From Candidatus Woesearchaeota archaeon CG1_02_57_44 (GTDB lineage: Archaea; Nanobdellota; Nanobdellia; Woesearchaeales; CG1-02-57-44): a stretch of DNA of 35,326 nucleotides. The notes beneath the pieces are model-generated. The model saw only the letters and a program-made list of their open reading frames with translations, searched no databases and had not been told where the DNA came from. The first letter of the stretch is position 1. Each line of letters opens with the position of its first letter. The stretch covers positions 1-35,326 of the forward strand of contig MNWW01000036.1 of assembly GCA_001871415.1 (NCBI GenBank). Direction: 5' to 3'. A program made the position numbers and the translations under genes. This document shows, one piece after another, positions 1 through 10,139 of the stretch.

Positions 1-11
1 TATTGAAATAA

Positions 12-29
12 ATTCATTCATTCATTCAT
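12..29. repeat. (ATTC)4 short tandem repeat in AT-rich DNA upstream of the ORB element
   Basis: attcattcattcattcat read directly at 12-29. Confidence 0.8.
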
Positions 30-37
30 ACTAACCC

Positions 38-58
38 TTCCACACGAAATCAAGGGGT
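38..58 (+). promoter_or_regulatory. Origin recognition box (ORB), likely part of oriC next to cdc6
   Basis: TTCCACACGAAATCAAGGGGT fits the archaeal ORB pattern TCCA-N3-GAAA...G-string and lies about 70 bp upstream of cdc6. Confidence 0.8.
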
Positions 59-126
59 GGGCGCGATTTAACAAACTATTTATACCACCGTTTCTTGTGC
101 AGAATTTCCTGTGGAGGTGTGAGAAC

Positions 127-1341
127 GTGGGGGACCGTAACCTATCAGACTTTTTTCAGTCATACATAAAAAAGCAGAGCATCTTCATCAACAAGAAGGT
201 TTTACAGGATCAGCATACCCCGTCTGAGATCCTGCACCGTAAGGAGCAACTGGGCCAGATTGCAAGTGTCCTGGCCCCCTGCCTTCGCGGCGAAAAGCCA
301 TCCAATCTCTTCATCTACGGCAAAACGGGCACAGGAAAGACCCTTGCGATGAAATATGCGCAAGGCGAGCTTGAGTCAGTAGCAAAAGACAACAACCTGC
401 CTTTGCAGATAATCTATACTAATTGTAAGATGAAAAAGATAGCTGCGACAGAATATCGGCTCATTGCGGAGCTGGGCCGTGCGTTGGGCGTCGACATACC
501 ACCAACAGGCCTGCCGACTGATGAGGTCTATAATATCTTCTTCAACCGCGTCGTGCAGGCAAAGGCGCTCATTCTGGTCATCCTTGATGAGATTGACGTG
601 CTCGTGGCAAAGAACTCTGATGAGGTGCTATACAACCTGACGCGCATGAACGCGGATCTGCAGGGCGCGAGTCTTTCTATCATCGGCATCAGCAATGACC
701 TGCGCTTCACTGAGTTATTAGACCCGCGGGTGCGCTCAAGCCTGAGCGAAGAAGAACTGGTGTTTCCTCCCTATAATGCAGTGCAGCTGCAGGACATCTT
801 GCGCAAGCGCTCAACCGAAGCGTTCAAGACCAACGCGATAGGGCCTGGTGTCATTGAGAAGTGCGCCGCCTACGCGGCCCGCGAGCACGGCGATGCGAGA
901 AGAGCCCTGGAGCTCCTGCGTGTGGCGGGCGAGATAGCTGATAGGGCTGAATCCGAGCAGGTAGGCATAGAACATCTGGACCTTGCGGAAGACAAGATAG
1001 AGCACGATCGCATGCTGGAAGTGGTGCAGACACACCCCAAGCAGCATCAGGTCGTCTTGCTCTCCATGCTGCGCAGCCCCACCCATCAAGGTGTCGTGCA
1101 GACCGGAACTGTGTATGATACCTACCGCGAGCTCTGCGCGCCCGTAGGGCTGCGGCCATTGACCCAGCGCCGCGTTTCAGATATCATAGGGGAGTTTGAC
1201 ATGCTGGGTATCATCAACGCCAAGGTGCATAGCTTCGGTCGTTATGGCAGGACGCGTAACATCTCTGTGCAGATTCCTTCCAGCCTGCTGCCCACGGTCA
1301 ATGCTATCTTGCAGGACGCCTTGCATCTACCCAGGATATAG
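127..1341 (+). CDS. cdc6: Orc1/Cdc6 replication initiator
   Basis: Walker A GKTGTGKT, Walker B ILDEID, GDARRAL sensor, C-terminal winged helix with LTQRRVSD and GRYGRT. GTG start at 127 chosen because GGAGGTG lies at 113-119. Confidence 0.95.
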   Translation: MGDRNLSDFFQSYIKKQSIFINKKVLQDQHTPSEILHRKEQLGQIASVLAPCLRGEKPSNLFIYGKTGTGKTLAMKYAQGELESVAKDNNLPLQIIYTNCKMKKIAATEYRLIAELGRALGVDIPPTGLPTDEVYNIFFNRVVQAKALILVILDEIDVLVAKNSDEVLYNLTRMNADLQGASLSIIGISNDLRFTELLDPRVRSSLSEEELVFPPYNAVQLQDILRKRSTEAFKTNAIGPGVIEKCAAYAAREHGDARRALELLRVAGEIADRAESEQVGIEHLDLAEDKIEHDRMLEVVQTHPKQHQVVLLSMLRSPTHQGVVQTGTVYDTYRELCAPVGLRPLTQRRVSDIIGEFDMLGIINAKVHSFGRYGRTRNISVQIPSSLLPTVNAILQDALHLPRI

Positions 1342-1344
1342 ACC

Positions 1345-2763
1345 ATGAAGCAGCTGGTAGCGCAACTGATGGACCGCGGTATTATTGTGACAAGCGATCT
1401 GCTCGAGCGCCTAGCTGATGAGGGCGCAAGAGTGCGGGTGGCGGAGTATCTACGCAAGAACCCGCACGCATCAAGCATCGAGCCTGCGTTCGATCAAGAA
1501 GACGGCAGCTACGTCAATCCCATCATCATCATAGCGCCCGAGATGTTTACCACAGACCCGCAGCCATTCACGTTGCAGGGATTCACCTCCTATTTTCGCT
1601 CGCGCTACAAGACGCTGGCAGGCATGCTATCGCATCATCCTGCGCTGGCGTCCGCGGTATCGATCGCGAAGCTCGCGCCGGGCCGCCAGGGAGCAGTCAT
1701 CGGCATGCTGGCAAATAAGCGCGTGGCAAAGACAGGCAGCATCATCTTGGATGTGGAGGATCTGACCGGCTCGCTCAAATGCATGGTGAAGGCAGACGCT
1801 GCCTGCGCCAAGAAAGCAGCGAACCTGACGGAAGACACGGTCGTTGGCCTCGTGGGGCACGCGGGCAAGGGAGTGCTGTTCTGCAATGATATCATCTTGC
1901 CGGATCTTCCTGTCACAACAACCATCAAGAAAGGGCCAAGGGAATCCTATGCCATTTTCCTCTCTGACCTGCACGTGGGCTCGAACAATTTTCTCGCTGG
2001 CGAGTTTGATGCGTTCCTGGATTGGATGGCGGGCAAGGAAGGGACGCCAGAGCAGCGCCGCATAGCGTCGCTCGTGCGCTATGTCTTTATCGCAGGGGAT
2101 CTTGTTGACGGCGTCGGGGTCTATCCGAACCAGGAGGACGAGCTCGTCATCAAGGATATCCGTGAGCAATACGAAGAATGCGCGCGCTTGCTCTCGCGCA
2201 TACCACAGGACAAGACCATTGTCGTATCACCCGGCAATCACGACTACGTGCGCATAGCGGAGCCCCAGCCGCGCCTGGATGAGCGCTACGCGGCCTCATT
2301 GCTGGCGATGCCGAATCTTATCAGCGTGACCAACCCTGCCTATCTCTCATTTGAGCGCATGTCGGGCTTTCCAGGTTTTGACATCCTGCTCTATCATGGC
2401 AATAGCTTTGATCATTACTTCGCGAACATGGATGTCATACGCATGGCCGGCGGCTACGACCGCTCGGATTTGCTGATGCGTTATCTGTTGCGCGTGCGGC
2501 ATCTTGCGCCTACTTACAGTTCGACACAGCTCATGCCGCTCGCCGACCGTGACCCGCTGGTCGTGCGTCGCGTGCCGGACTTCTTTGTCACCGGTCACAT
2601 CCATAAGAGCAACGTGTCAACCTACCGTGGGGTGACCATGATATCCGGCTCTTGCTTCCAGTCGACGACCGCGTTTCAGGAGCGCGTCGGTCACAAGCCC
2701 GAGCCAGGGTACGTGCCCTGCGTCAATCTGCAGACGAGGCAGATAACAGTGATGAGGTTCTAA
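1345..2763 (+). CDS. polB: DNA polymerase D small (proofreading exonuclease) subunit DP1
   Basis: OB fold followed by calcineurin-like phosphoesterase motifs SDLH, GDLVDG, PGNHD, YHG, GHIH; sits between cdc6 and DP2. Confidence 0.93.
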   Translation: MKQLVAQLMDRGIIVTSDLLERLADEGARVRVAEYLRKNPHASSIEPAFDQEDGSYVNPIIIIAPEMFTTDPQPFTLQGFTSYFRSRYKTLAGMLSHHPALASAVSIAKLAPGRQGAVIGMLANKRVAKTGSIILDVEDLTGSLKCMVKADAACAKKAANLTEDTVVGLVGHAGKGVLFCNDIILPDLPVTTTIKKGPRESYAIFLSDLHVGSNNFLAGEFDAFLDWMAGKEGTPEQRRIASLVRYVFIAGDLVDGVGVYPNQEDELVIKDIREQYEECARLLSRIPQDKTIVVSPGNHDYVRIAEPQPRLDERYAASLLAMPNLISVTNPAYLSFERMSGFPGFDILLYHGNSFDHYFANMDVIRMAGGYDRSDLLMRYLLRVRHLAPTYSSTQLMPLADRDPLVVRRVPDFFVTGHIHKSNVSTYRGVTMISGSCFQSTTAFQERVGHKPEPGYVPCVNLQTRQITVMRF

Positions 2764-2765
2764 CG

Positions 2766-5700
2766 ATGTCTGTGCAATCCTACTTCAAGGCGCTCTCTGA
2801 GGAAGTGGCGATGTGCTATGGCATCGCCAGCAGCGCGCGCGCGAAAGGATTCGACCCCGACACCAAGGTGGAGGTCCATCTGGCGCGGGACATGGCTGAG
2901 CGCGTTGAAGGGTTGGTCGGTTCTGTCGCGCCCCAGATTGTCGGCTCGGGCATGACCGCGCGCATCAAGGAGCTCGAGAAGCAATATGGGGAGCAGGACT
3001 GGCGCGTGGCGCTGGTCATCGCGGCAGAAGTGGCAAAGCAGAGCTTCTGTAAGTTCGCTGACGAGCGCGAGGCCATGGAAGTGGGCATCCGTGTGGGCTT
3101 CGCGTATCACACCGTGGGTGTTGTCGCGGCCCCGTTAGAGGGCTTCATCGAGCTGGCGATAAAGCAGCGCCGTGATGGCAAGGCGTATCTCGCGGCAAAG
3201 TACGCAGGGCCGGTGAGAGGTGCGGGCGGCACTGCCGCCGCGGTCTCTGTTGTCATCGCCGACTACGTCGGCCGTCAGATGGGATACGCGCAATACGACC
3301 CTGATGACAAGGAGACCGAGCGCATGATAACCGAGCTGACTGATTATCATGAGCGCGTGACCAATCTGCAATACAAACCCTCTGATGACGAGATTCGCTA
3401 TTTGGTGCAGCACCTGCCTGTGGAGGTTGACGGCGATCCGACCGAGCAGCGTGAGGTTTCCAATTACAAAGATCTGCCGCGCGTCGCGACCAATCGCATC
3501 CGTGGGGGGGTCTGTCTCGTGGTCTCCATGATAGCGCTCAAGGCCCCAAAGTTAAGGACGAACATGCTCTCCTGGGGGAAGGACATGGGCATGGACTGGT
3601 CCTGGCTCACGGACTTTGAGAAGATTCAGAAAAAAGCCAAGGCAGGCAAGAGTGCCGGCAAAGGCGGCATGCTCCCTGACTTCACATACATTGCTGACCT
3701 GCCTGCGGGCAGGCCGGTGCTTGGTTATCCGCTGCGCGCGGGCGGCTTTCGTTTGCGCTACGGTCGCAGCCGACTTTCAGGATTCAGCGCTGTGGGTATC
3801 CATCCAGCCACGCTCCAGGTGCTCAATGATTTCATCGCTGTGGGAACACAGCTGAAGACCGAGCGTCCGGGCAAGGCGGCGTCAGTGACGCCGTGCGATA
3901 GCATCGAAGGTCCTGTGGTCAGGCTGCAGGATGGAAGCGTCCTGCACCTGCAGGATGAGGCAGAGGCTAAGCGTGTCGCCGCGAGCGTCACGGATATTCT
4001 GTTCCTGGGGGACATGCTCATCAGCTACGGCGACTTCTTCGACCGTGGGCATCCTCTGATTCCAGCGGGTTATTGTGAAGAATGGTGGTTCGCTGAGCTC
4101 AAGGGAAAGGCCAAGCAAGGTGATGGCCTGCAGGCCGTGGCAAAAGCGCTCTCCTGTGAAGAGCGCGAGCTTCGTGCGCTGGGCGCCACAATCAAAAACC
4201 TTGATTTTAATGTCTCGCTCGCGCTCGCCGCGTCGCGCTGGCTTGGCGTGCTGCACCCACGCATGACGCACTGGTGGAAGCTGCTTGACGAGCCAGCGTG
4301 GAAAGCATTGCTGGAAGGCCTGCGAAAAGCAAAGGATGCGAAAGAAGCGATAAACAATGAGTTCTCAGACATCATCGTCCCCTATGGCAGTGCCTTCAAG
4401 GCCGCTTGCGAAAAAGCGCGGCTCCCGCACAAGGTGCAGCTCAATGAGTTCGTCATCTTCTCTGGCGCTGATGCTGCGGCATTGCGCCTGCTCTTCTTGA
4501 GTCCAAAGGGAGTATTGCTTGACGCGCAGTCGCTCGCGCAGGATCCGCTCGCGGCGCTCAGCCATACAGTGCAAGTGCGCGACAAGACAGGGACATTCAT
4601 CGGTGCGCGCATGGGTCGCCCGGAGAAGGCCAAGATGCGGCGCATGACCGGAAGTCCCCATGGGTTGTTTCCGGTAGGAAAAGAGGGCGGCAAGATGCGC
4701 TCCTTGCAGGCGTCGCTGGAAAAAGGCGCGGTGACAGCAGATTTTCGTGCGTATCTGCGCGACGACGGGAGCGCGTCATTCTTCCCCGGCGATGGCAAGC
4801 CTGCGATGTGGTGCAATACCTGCGGCAAGGTCGTGCTGGAATCATGCAACCTGGGTTGTGACCTGGCGACGCACTATCGCTCAAGCGTTCCCATAACCGA
4901 GCATTTCAAGCAGAGCCTTGAGCGTCTGGGCATGTCATCGTTTCCAGACCTCATCAAGGGCGTGCGCGGCACCATGAACGCGGACCACGAGGTGGAGCAT
5001 GTCATGAAATCCATCCTGCGCGCCAAGCACAAGGTCTATGTCAACAAGGACGGAACGACCCGTTATGACATGACAGAATTGCCCATCACACATTTCACTC
5101 CGAAAGAGGTGGGCACCAGCGTCGCCCGCCTGCGAGAGCTCGGCTACACTGAGGACATGGATGGCACGTCCCTCGAACACGAGACACAGGTGCTAGACCT
5201 GTTGCCCCAGGATGTCATCCTGCCTGTCAATACTGATACAGCGGACTGCGCTGACGAGGTGCTCATCAACATAGCGGGTTTCATCGATGACCTGCTCGAG
5301 CGCATGTACGGCCTTGAACCTTACTACAACATCAAGACGCGCGAGGATCTGGTCGGTCATCTGGTGATCGGGCTTGCGCCGCACATCTCCGCGGGCATCA
5401 TCGGTCGCATCGTGGGCTTCTCCGGCACCCAAGGATGCCTCGCGCATCCGCTCTGGCACGCTGCCCAGCGCCGCGATTGCGACGGTGACGAGAATTGCAT
5501 CCTGCTGCTCCTTGACGGGCTCATCAATTTCTCCCGCAAGTTCCTGCCTGACCGCAGAGGCAGTCGCACCATGGACGCGCCATTGGTTTTGACAGACATC
5601 CTGGTCCCTTCAGAGGTCGACGACATGGTCCATAAGCTCGACATCGCGGGGGAGTATCCGCTTGAGCTCTGGCAGAAGGGCCTGCTGCTGGAGTCGCCAA

Positions 5701-6227
5701 AGAAGGTGAAGGTCGCGCAGCTGGGAGACTTCCTAGGCACTGATAGACAGTACATAGGTATGCGCTACACAAACACGGTGACGAGCGTCAACGCGGGTGT
5801 GCTCTGCAGCTCATACAAGACCCTGCCCAGTATGGAAGACAAGCTCAAAGGGCAAATGGGCCTGGCCGAGAAGCTCTGGAGCGTCGAGGCGAGTGATGTC
5901 GCGCGCCTGGTCATCGACAAGCATTTCATGAAGGATATCATCGGCAACCTGCGTCAGTTCAGCATGCAGAAGTTCCGCTGCGTGGACTGCAATGAGAAAT
6001 ATCGCAGGCCGCCGCTGGCAGGAAAGTGCAAGTGCGGCGGCAAGTTGTTGTTCACCGTGACCGAAGGGACTGTCATAAAATACCTGATCCCCAGCATCAG
6101 CCTTGCGCAGAAATACAACCTGCCGCCGTATTCGCAGCAGCGCCTGGAGATAGTGCGCGAGCGCGTCGAGTCCATGTTCGGCAGGAGCAGAGATAAGCAG
6201 GAAGCGCTCGGGAGATGGTTCGGGTGA
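2766..6227 (+). CDS. polC: DNA polymerase D large subunit DP2
   Basis: YAGPVRGAGGT, GFRLRYGRSR, IGARMGRPEKA, catalytic RRDCDGDE, C-terminal Zn finger (CVDC...CKC) and PIP-like QEALGRWF. ATG at 2766 is 2 nt after the DP1 stop. Confidence 0.96.
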   Translation: MSVQSYFKALSEEVAMCYGIASSARAKGFDPDTKVEVHLARDMAERVEGLVGSVAPQIVGSGMTARIKELEKQYGEQDWRVALVIAAEVAKQSFCKFADEREAMEVGIRVGFAYHTVGVVAAPLEGFIELAIKQRRDGKAYLAAKYAGPVRGAGGTAAAVSVVIADYVGRQMGYAQYDPDDKETERMITELTDYHERVTNLQYKPSDDEIRYLVQHLPVEVDGDPTEQREVSNYKDLPRVATNRIRGGVCLVVSMIALKAPKLRTNMLSWGKDMGMDWSWLTDFEKIQKKAKAGKSAGKGGMLPDFTYIADLPAGRPVLGYPLRAGGFRLRYGRSRLSGFSAVGIHPATLQVLNDFIAVGTQLKTERPGKAASVTPCDSIEGPVVRLQDGSVLHLQDEAEAKRVAASVTDILFLGDMLISYGDFFDRGHPLIPAGYCEEWWFAELKGKAKQGDGLQAVAKALSCEERELRALGATIKNLDFNVSLALAASRWLGVLHPRMTHWWKLLDEPAWKALLEGLRKAKDAKEAINNEFSDIIVPYGSAFKAACEKARLPHKVQLNEFVIFSGADAAALRLLFLSPKGVLLDAQSLAQDPLAALSHTVQVRDKTGTFIGARMGRPEKAKMRRMTGSPHGLFPVGKEGGKMRSLQASLEKGAVTADFRAYLRDDGSASFFPGDGKPAMWCNTCGKVVLESCNLGCDLATHYRSSVPITEHFKQSLERLGMSSFPDLIKGVRGTMNADHEVEHVMKSILRAKHKVYVNKDGTTRYDMTELPITHFTPKEVGTSVARLRELGYTEDMDGTSLEHETQVLDLLPQDVILPVNTDTADCADEVLINIAGFIDDLLERMYGLEPYYNIKTREDLVGHLVIGLAPHISAGIIGRIVGFSGTQGCLAHPLWHAAQRRDCDGDENCILLLLDGLINFSRKFLPDRRGSRTMDAPLVLTDILVPSEVDDMVHKLDIAGEYPLELWQKGLLLESPKKVKVAQLGDFLGTDRQYIGMRYTNTVTSVNAGVLCSSYKTLPSMEDKLKGQMGLAEKLWSVEASDVARLVIDKHFMKDIIGNLRQFSMQKFRCVDCNEKYRRPPLAGKCKCGGKLLFTVTEGTVIKYLIPSISLAQKYNLPPYSQQRLEIVRERVESMFGRSRDKQEALGRWFG

Positions 6228-6292
6228 GGCGCGTCATACGACATTGCAGTCGGATGCACTACTGGATGGATGCGTAGGGTTCTCCGGAGAAT

Positions 6293-6568
6293 TCAACCCT
6301 TCACCCAGAACCCTTCGTATTCGTCGTCGGGGACATCAATATACTCAACATCGACCTTGTCCACTTTCGCCAGCAGCGGCCCGACCTTGCAGAACTCGAT
6401 AAGCTGCTTGGCCTTGGCTTCATCGCCGCAGGCAAGCACCTCTACTGTCCCATCCCGTTTATTTTCCGCATACCCTGCGAGCCCAAGCTTCGCTGCCTTT
6501 TGCCGGGTCTCTTCGCGGTAGAACACGCCCTGCACTTTGCCGGACACTTTCAACCTGACCGCCTTCAT
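6293..6568 (-). CDS. acyP: Acylphosphatase
   Basis: VSGKVQGVFYR and GYAENKRDGTVEV signatures; 91 aa. Confidence 0.93.
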   Translation of the reverse strand: MKAVRLKVSGKVQGVFYREETRQKAAKLGLAGYAENKRDGTVEVLACGDEAKAKQLIEFCKVGPLLAKVDKVDVEYIDVPDDEYEGFWVKG

Positions 6569-6852
6569 GCTTCCACCAGTATGGCATACGGGATGCCGTC
6601 TATCTTCTTGACGCTGGATAGGCCAATCTTCTCCTCTACTAGTGCGATTGTCTTCTCGCCAGCGACGATAGCGTGATGTGCGAGCTTCACAGCGGCGATG
6701 ATCTCATCAGGTGTCGCGTCAGCGCCTGCGAAGAATCCTGCGGAGAAATCCAGCACCTTGTCGTCTTCCTCAAAGCTCCTGCCCGCGAGCGCAGCGTCGA
6801 TGGCAGTGACCAATAGGCGCTTGCCCGGAAGCTCTTTTTTCGTGAGTCTCAT
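6565..6852 (-). CDS. DUF424-family archaeal protein
   Basis: LVTAIDAALAGRSFEE...FF.G...GIPYA pattern; directly downstream of aIF-2beta with a 4-nt overlap. Confidence 0.7.
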   Translation of the reverse strand: MRLTKKELPGKRLLVTAIDAALAGRSFEEDDKVLDFSAGFFAGADATPDEIIAAVKLAHHAIVAGEKTIALVEEKIGLSSVKKIDGIPYAILVEA

Positions 6853-7256
6853 AGTCTGGCGCGTACCACTTGCCTTGCGCCGCAGGCCTGGCACTTGAGG
6901 GTGTTGATGTTGCTATCCTTGGAAAGCGTCGTGTCCGGCTTGCCGCACTCGCGGCAGATGACGAAATCATGCGCGAACTGCCGGACCTTGCCATTGAATC
7001 TGCTGGCGGATATCTTGGTGCCCATGATGAGCGCGTTGCCGCGAAGATCGCCTGGTGTCGCGAGCTCGCGCAGGATGTATTTCTGCAATTGATTGACAGG
7101 CCTGCCCAGCGCGTCTGCTACCTGCTTGAAATTACCGATGACGGTCTTGTTGCCTTCCATGTGCCCAGAAGCCTTGGGTATCTCGAAGCGCTCGAACTGC
7201 GTGGCCGAGTCCGGCAGCCGTTCGCGCGCCTTGTCGAGCATAGTATCGTAGTCCAT
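6849..7256 (-). CDS. eif2b: Translation initiation factor 2 beta subunit (aIF-2beta)
   Basis: ERFEIP, GNKTVIGNF, LRELATPG, C-terminal Zn ribbon CRECGKPDT...CQACGA. Confidence 0.93.
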   Translation of the reverse strand: MDYDTMLDKARERLPDSATQFERFEIPKASGHMEGNKTVIGNFKQVADALGRPVNQLQKYILRELATPGDLRGNALIMGTKISASRFNGKVRQFAHDFVICRECGKPDTTLSKDSNINTLKCQACGARQVVRARL

Positions 7257-7346
7257 AGCATGCCACAAATCGCAGGTGGTATATAAATCCTGCCGACATG
7301 CGCGTTCTCCACAAACCTTTTATTCCCTCCACCCTTCCGTGAAGCC

Positions 7347-8399
7347 ATGGATACGCAATCACGCATGGACCTCATCAGGCAGGTGGGTGAGGAGATACTG
7401 ACGGAAGATGATCTGAAGGCGCTTCTGGACTCTAACGAGCATCCTATCGCCTATGACGGCTTTGAGCCCTCTGGCAAGGTGCACATAGCGCAAGGCGTCA
7501 TGCGCACCATAACCATCAACAAGATGCTCAAGGCGGGCTGCAAGTTCAAGATGCTGGTCGCGGACTGGCACGCATGGGCCAATAACAAGGTCGGCGGTGA
7601 TCTTGAGAATATACAGACTGTCGGCAACTACCTTATCGAGACCTGGAAGGCCGCGGGCATGGATACCGACAAGGTGGAGTTTGTCTGGGCCAATGATTTC
7701 ATGGCGGACAGAGACTATTGGAAGACCGTCATGAATGTCGCGCGTTCGAGCACGGTGAGTCGCATCCTGCGCTGCAGTCAGATAATGGGGCGCAAGGAAT
7801 CAGACGCACTGAACGCATCGCAGATATTTTATCCCTGCATGCAGGCAGCGGACATCTTCAAGCTCGATGTCGATATCTGCCAGCTGGGTCTTGACCAGCG
7901 CAAGGTCAATGTGCTGGCAAGAGAGCTTGCGCCAGGCCTTGGCTTCACCAAGCCCGTCGCCGTCCACCATCACATGCTCGCCGGATTGCACGAACCCAAG
8001 GGTGACGCGCTCGAGGCGAAGATGAGCAAGTCAAAGCCCGACTCCGCTATCTTCATGACCGATCCGGTAGAGGAGGTCGAGCGCAAGCTGAAAAAGGCCT
8101 TTTGCCCGGAGAAGCTGGTCGAGCAGAATCCTGTCATGGAATACTGCCGCTACATCCTGTTCGAGCGATTCCCGACCTTGGATATCGAGCGGCCAGAGAA
8201 GTTCGGTGGCGACATCTCCTATTCCTCCTACATGGAGCTTGAATTAGACTACACCGCAGGCAACCTGCATCCGGCAGATCTCAAGACCGCGGTGGCAAGG
8301 CAGCTCAATGAGCTGCTTGAGCCGGTGAGAAAGCACTTCGCCTCCGGCAGGCCAAAGGAGCTGCTCGAGCAGGTGCAATCATTCCAGGTAACGCGATGA
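7347..8399 (+). CDS. tyrS: Tyrosyl-tRNA synthetase (archaeal type)
   Basis: YDGFEPSG, HIGH-like HIAQ, YPCMQAADI, GLDQRK, KMSKS, LHPADLK. Confidence 0.95.
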   Translation: MDTQSRMDLIRQVGEEILTEDDLKALLDSNEHPIAYDGFEPSGKVHIAQGVMRTITINKMLKAGCKFKMLVADWHAWANNKVGGDLENIQTVGNYLIETWKAAGMDTDKVEFVWANDFMADRDYWKTVMNVARSSTVSRILRCSQIMGRKESDALNASQIFYPCMQAADIFKLDVDICQLGLDQRKVNVLARELAPGLGFTKPVAVHHHMLAGLHEPKGDALEAKMSKSKPDSAIFMTDPVEEVERKLKKAFCPEKLVEQNPVMEYCRYILFERFPTLDIERPEKFGGDISYSSYMELELDYTAGNLHPADLKTAVARQLNELLEPVRKHFASGRPKELLEQVQSFQVTR

Positions 8400-9430
8400 A
8401 GCTGCCAAAGCAGGTCAGGGCTGCGTTGTTCATCTCGCGCGAGGACTGGAGGGACTACACGGTCCAATGGGCGACAGGCATCAGCGCAGGATTTGCTGCG
8501 CTGCTCGTCACGCAGCGCTCCAGGCGTCTGTTCTGCTCCCGCCACGAGATTAGTATGTTGCAGTCGCAGGTGAAGCCGGGCATCCGGCTCATCCCACTGA
8601 AGAAAGGCCAGCGTCTCACCGATGCCATCGGTGTCATCAACGGCCCGCTGGGTATCAATGCGACCTCTCTTTCCTACTCAACAGCGCGTGCCATACAGAG
8701 GTCCTGCAAGGCAAGGCTTATGGATATCAGCGCTGAGCTCGCGCTGCAACGCGAAGTCAAGACGCGAGAGGAGATAGCACTCATCGCCCGTTCCTGCGCC
8801 ATAGCGTCGCGTATCGTGGGCGAGGCGATGCGCCGGGCCAAGGGCAGGACCGAGCGGGAGCTGGCGCGCTTTCTGGTCGAGAGGGCGCAGGAGCTGGCCG
8901 ACGGCACGTCCTTTGATCCCATCGTGGCATCAGGCCCGAACGGCGCGAACCCGCATCACCTCCCGTCGGCAAGGAAGCTGCATGGCATGGTGGTTCTTGA
9001 CTTCGGCGTGCGTCACAAGGGCTATTGCTCTGATATCACCCGCACCTTCTGCGTGGGCAGGCAGCCCACAGGAAAGGAGCGTGAGGCCTACGACCGGGTG
9101 CTGGCAGCTGAGCTGGCAGGTGTGCGTGAGTGCGTCGCAGGCAATAACGCGAGCAAAGTCGTGACTGAAGCAGTAGAGCAACTAGGTGATATGGCGCCCT
9201 ATTTCATCCATCGCATCGGCCACAGCGTCGGCGTGGAGATTCACGACCCAAGCAGGACGCAGTTGCTTGAAGATTCCAAAGACCTGCTACAGGCGAACAG
9301 CACCTTCACGGTCGAGCCGGGCGTCTACTTCCCCAGCAGGTTCGGCATACGCATTGAGGACACGGTGCTGATAGGCGAGCGGCCCAAGCGCCTCACCACA
9401 GTGGGGAGGGAATTAGTTGTGGTGCGATAG
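8396..9430 (+). CDS. M24-family Xaa-Pro aminopeptidase
   Basis: DFG...YCSDITRT, HRIGHSVGVEIHD, TVEPGVY, GIRIED metal-ligand motifs; ATGA overlap with tyrS. Confidence 0.9.
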   Translation: MKLPKQVRAALFISREDWRDYTVQWATGISAGFAALLVTQRSRRLFCSRHEISMLQSQVKPGIRLIPLKKGQRLTDAIGVINGPLGINATSLSYSTARAIQRSCKARLMDISAELALQREVKTREEIALIARSCAIASRIVGEAMRRAKGRTERELARFLVERAQELADGTSFDPIVASGPNGANPHHLPSARKLHGMVVLDFGVRHKGYCSDITRTFCVGRQPTGKEREAYDRVLAAELAGVRECVAGNNASKVVTEAVEQLGDMAPYFIHRIGHSVGVEIHDPSRTQLLEDSKDLLQANSTFTVEPGVYFPSRFGIRIEDTVLIGERPKRLTTVGRELVVVR

Positions 9431-9533
9431 TGGTGGGGATTTCTTTACTGATTTCCTAGTTGAATCTTTCTGGTGATATCTTATCACGAATGAATTGTCT
9501 GTCGTCTGTTGTATTCATTTGACTCCCATAACT

Positions 9534-9833
9534 TCACACCTTCACGACTTTTATTCCATCTCCTTCGACCGTGATGCTCACATCCTCGCCCTGCTCCAGG
9601 TTGAGCGCCATCTCGATGTCTTTCGGGAGCCGAAGGATGAGGTTGCTGCGAATCCTCCCTAATTTTGCCTTGACTGATTGCTTCTTCAATGTATTGAGCA
9701 ATAGGATGCGCTGCGCTTGCTCTGGTTCATAATATTTCTCTCCGCACGTGCAGACCCATCCGTCCACGGTGTACTCATTGAACCTGATTCCTTTCTGGGG
9801 TTTCATGGTCTTATCGCAGTTGGGGCATTTCAT
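9534..9833 (-). CDS. Putative antitoxin: N-terminal Zn ribbon (CPNC...CTC) fused to an AbrB/MazE-type DNA-binding domain
   Basis: YgiT/MqsA-like Zn ribbon, then KLGRIRSNLILRLPKDIEMALNLEQGEDVSITVEGDGIKV (AbrB/SpoVT pattern). Confidence 0.75.
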   Translation of the reverse strand: MKCPNCDKTMKPQKGIRFNEYTVDGWVCTCGEKYYEPEQAQRILLLNTLKKQSVKAKLGRIRSNLILRLPKDIEMALNLEQGEDVSITVEGDGIKVVKV

Positions 9834-9838
9834 GGTGT

Positions 9839-10108
9839 TTACCTTTTTGTGAATTTTCCGAAGTGTGTGAGCAACCAGATCTCTTCATCATTCGCTACAG
9901 TATATGACTTCACTACTACTGCATTATACGTCTTTTTCCCTTTGTCAAGCCATTTCTCGACAGTCCCTCTTTTTCTCTTCCGTGGGGCATTATGACCGTC
10001 CTCAAGCACTTCGACGACGTCAGAAAGGATTAGGCCTTCTTTCATCAGCTCGCGCATGGCAGCATCGCTGGGCGCGATGCGCAGTCCGTCATATGTTTCA
10101 TCAAACAT
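9839..10108 (-). CDS. Putative toxin, DUF4258/RelE-like small protein
   Basis: 89 aa, SDAAMRELMKEGLILSDVVEVLEDG resembles DUF4258-type N-termini; 5 nt upstream of the Zn-ribbon/AbrB gene; AT-richer than flanks. Confidence 0.6.
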   Translation of the reverse strand: MFDETYDGLRIAPSDAAMRELMKEGLILSDVVEVLEDGHNAPRKRKRGTVEKWLDKGKKTYNAVVVKSYTVANDEEIWLLTHFGKFTKR

Positions 10109-10117
10109 ACTGTATCA

Positions 10118-10139
10118 ACATATGTAATAAACATATGTT
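10118..10139. promoter_or_regulatory. Tandem ACATATGT palindromes, probable operator of the TA pair
   Basis: ACATATGT at 10118-10125 and AACATATGTT at 10130-10139, with a third CATATGTT at 10090-10097. Confidence 0.55.

Noticed and set aside
2652..2765. N-terminal extensions in the ORF track (DP2, TldE, FEN1, EndA, sigma-like, CimA, MCM, PLP enzyme)
   Set aside because: They overlap neighbouring genes or promoters; downstream ATGs fit family N-termini, SD or TATA spacing better.
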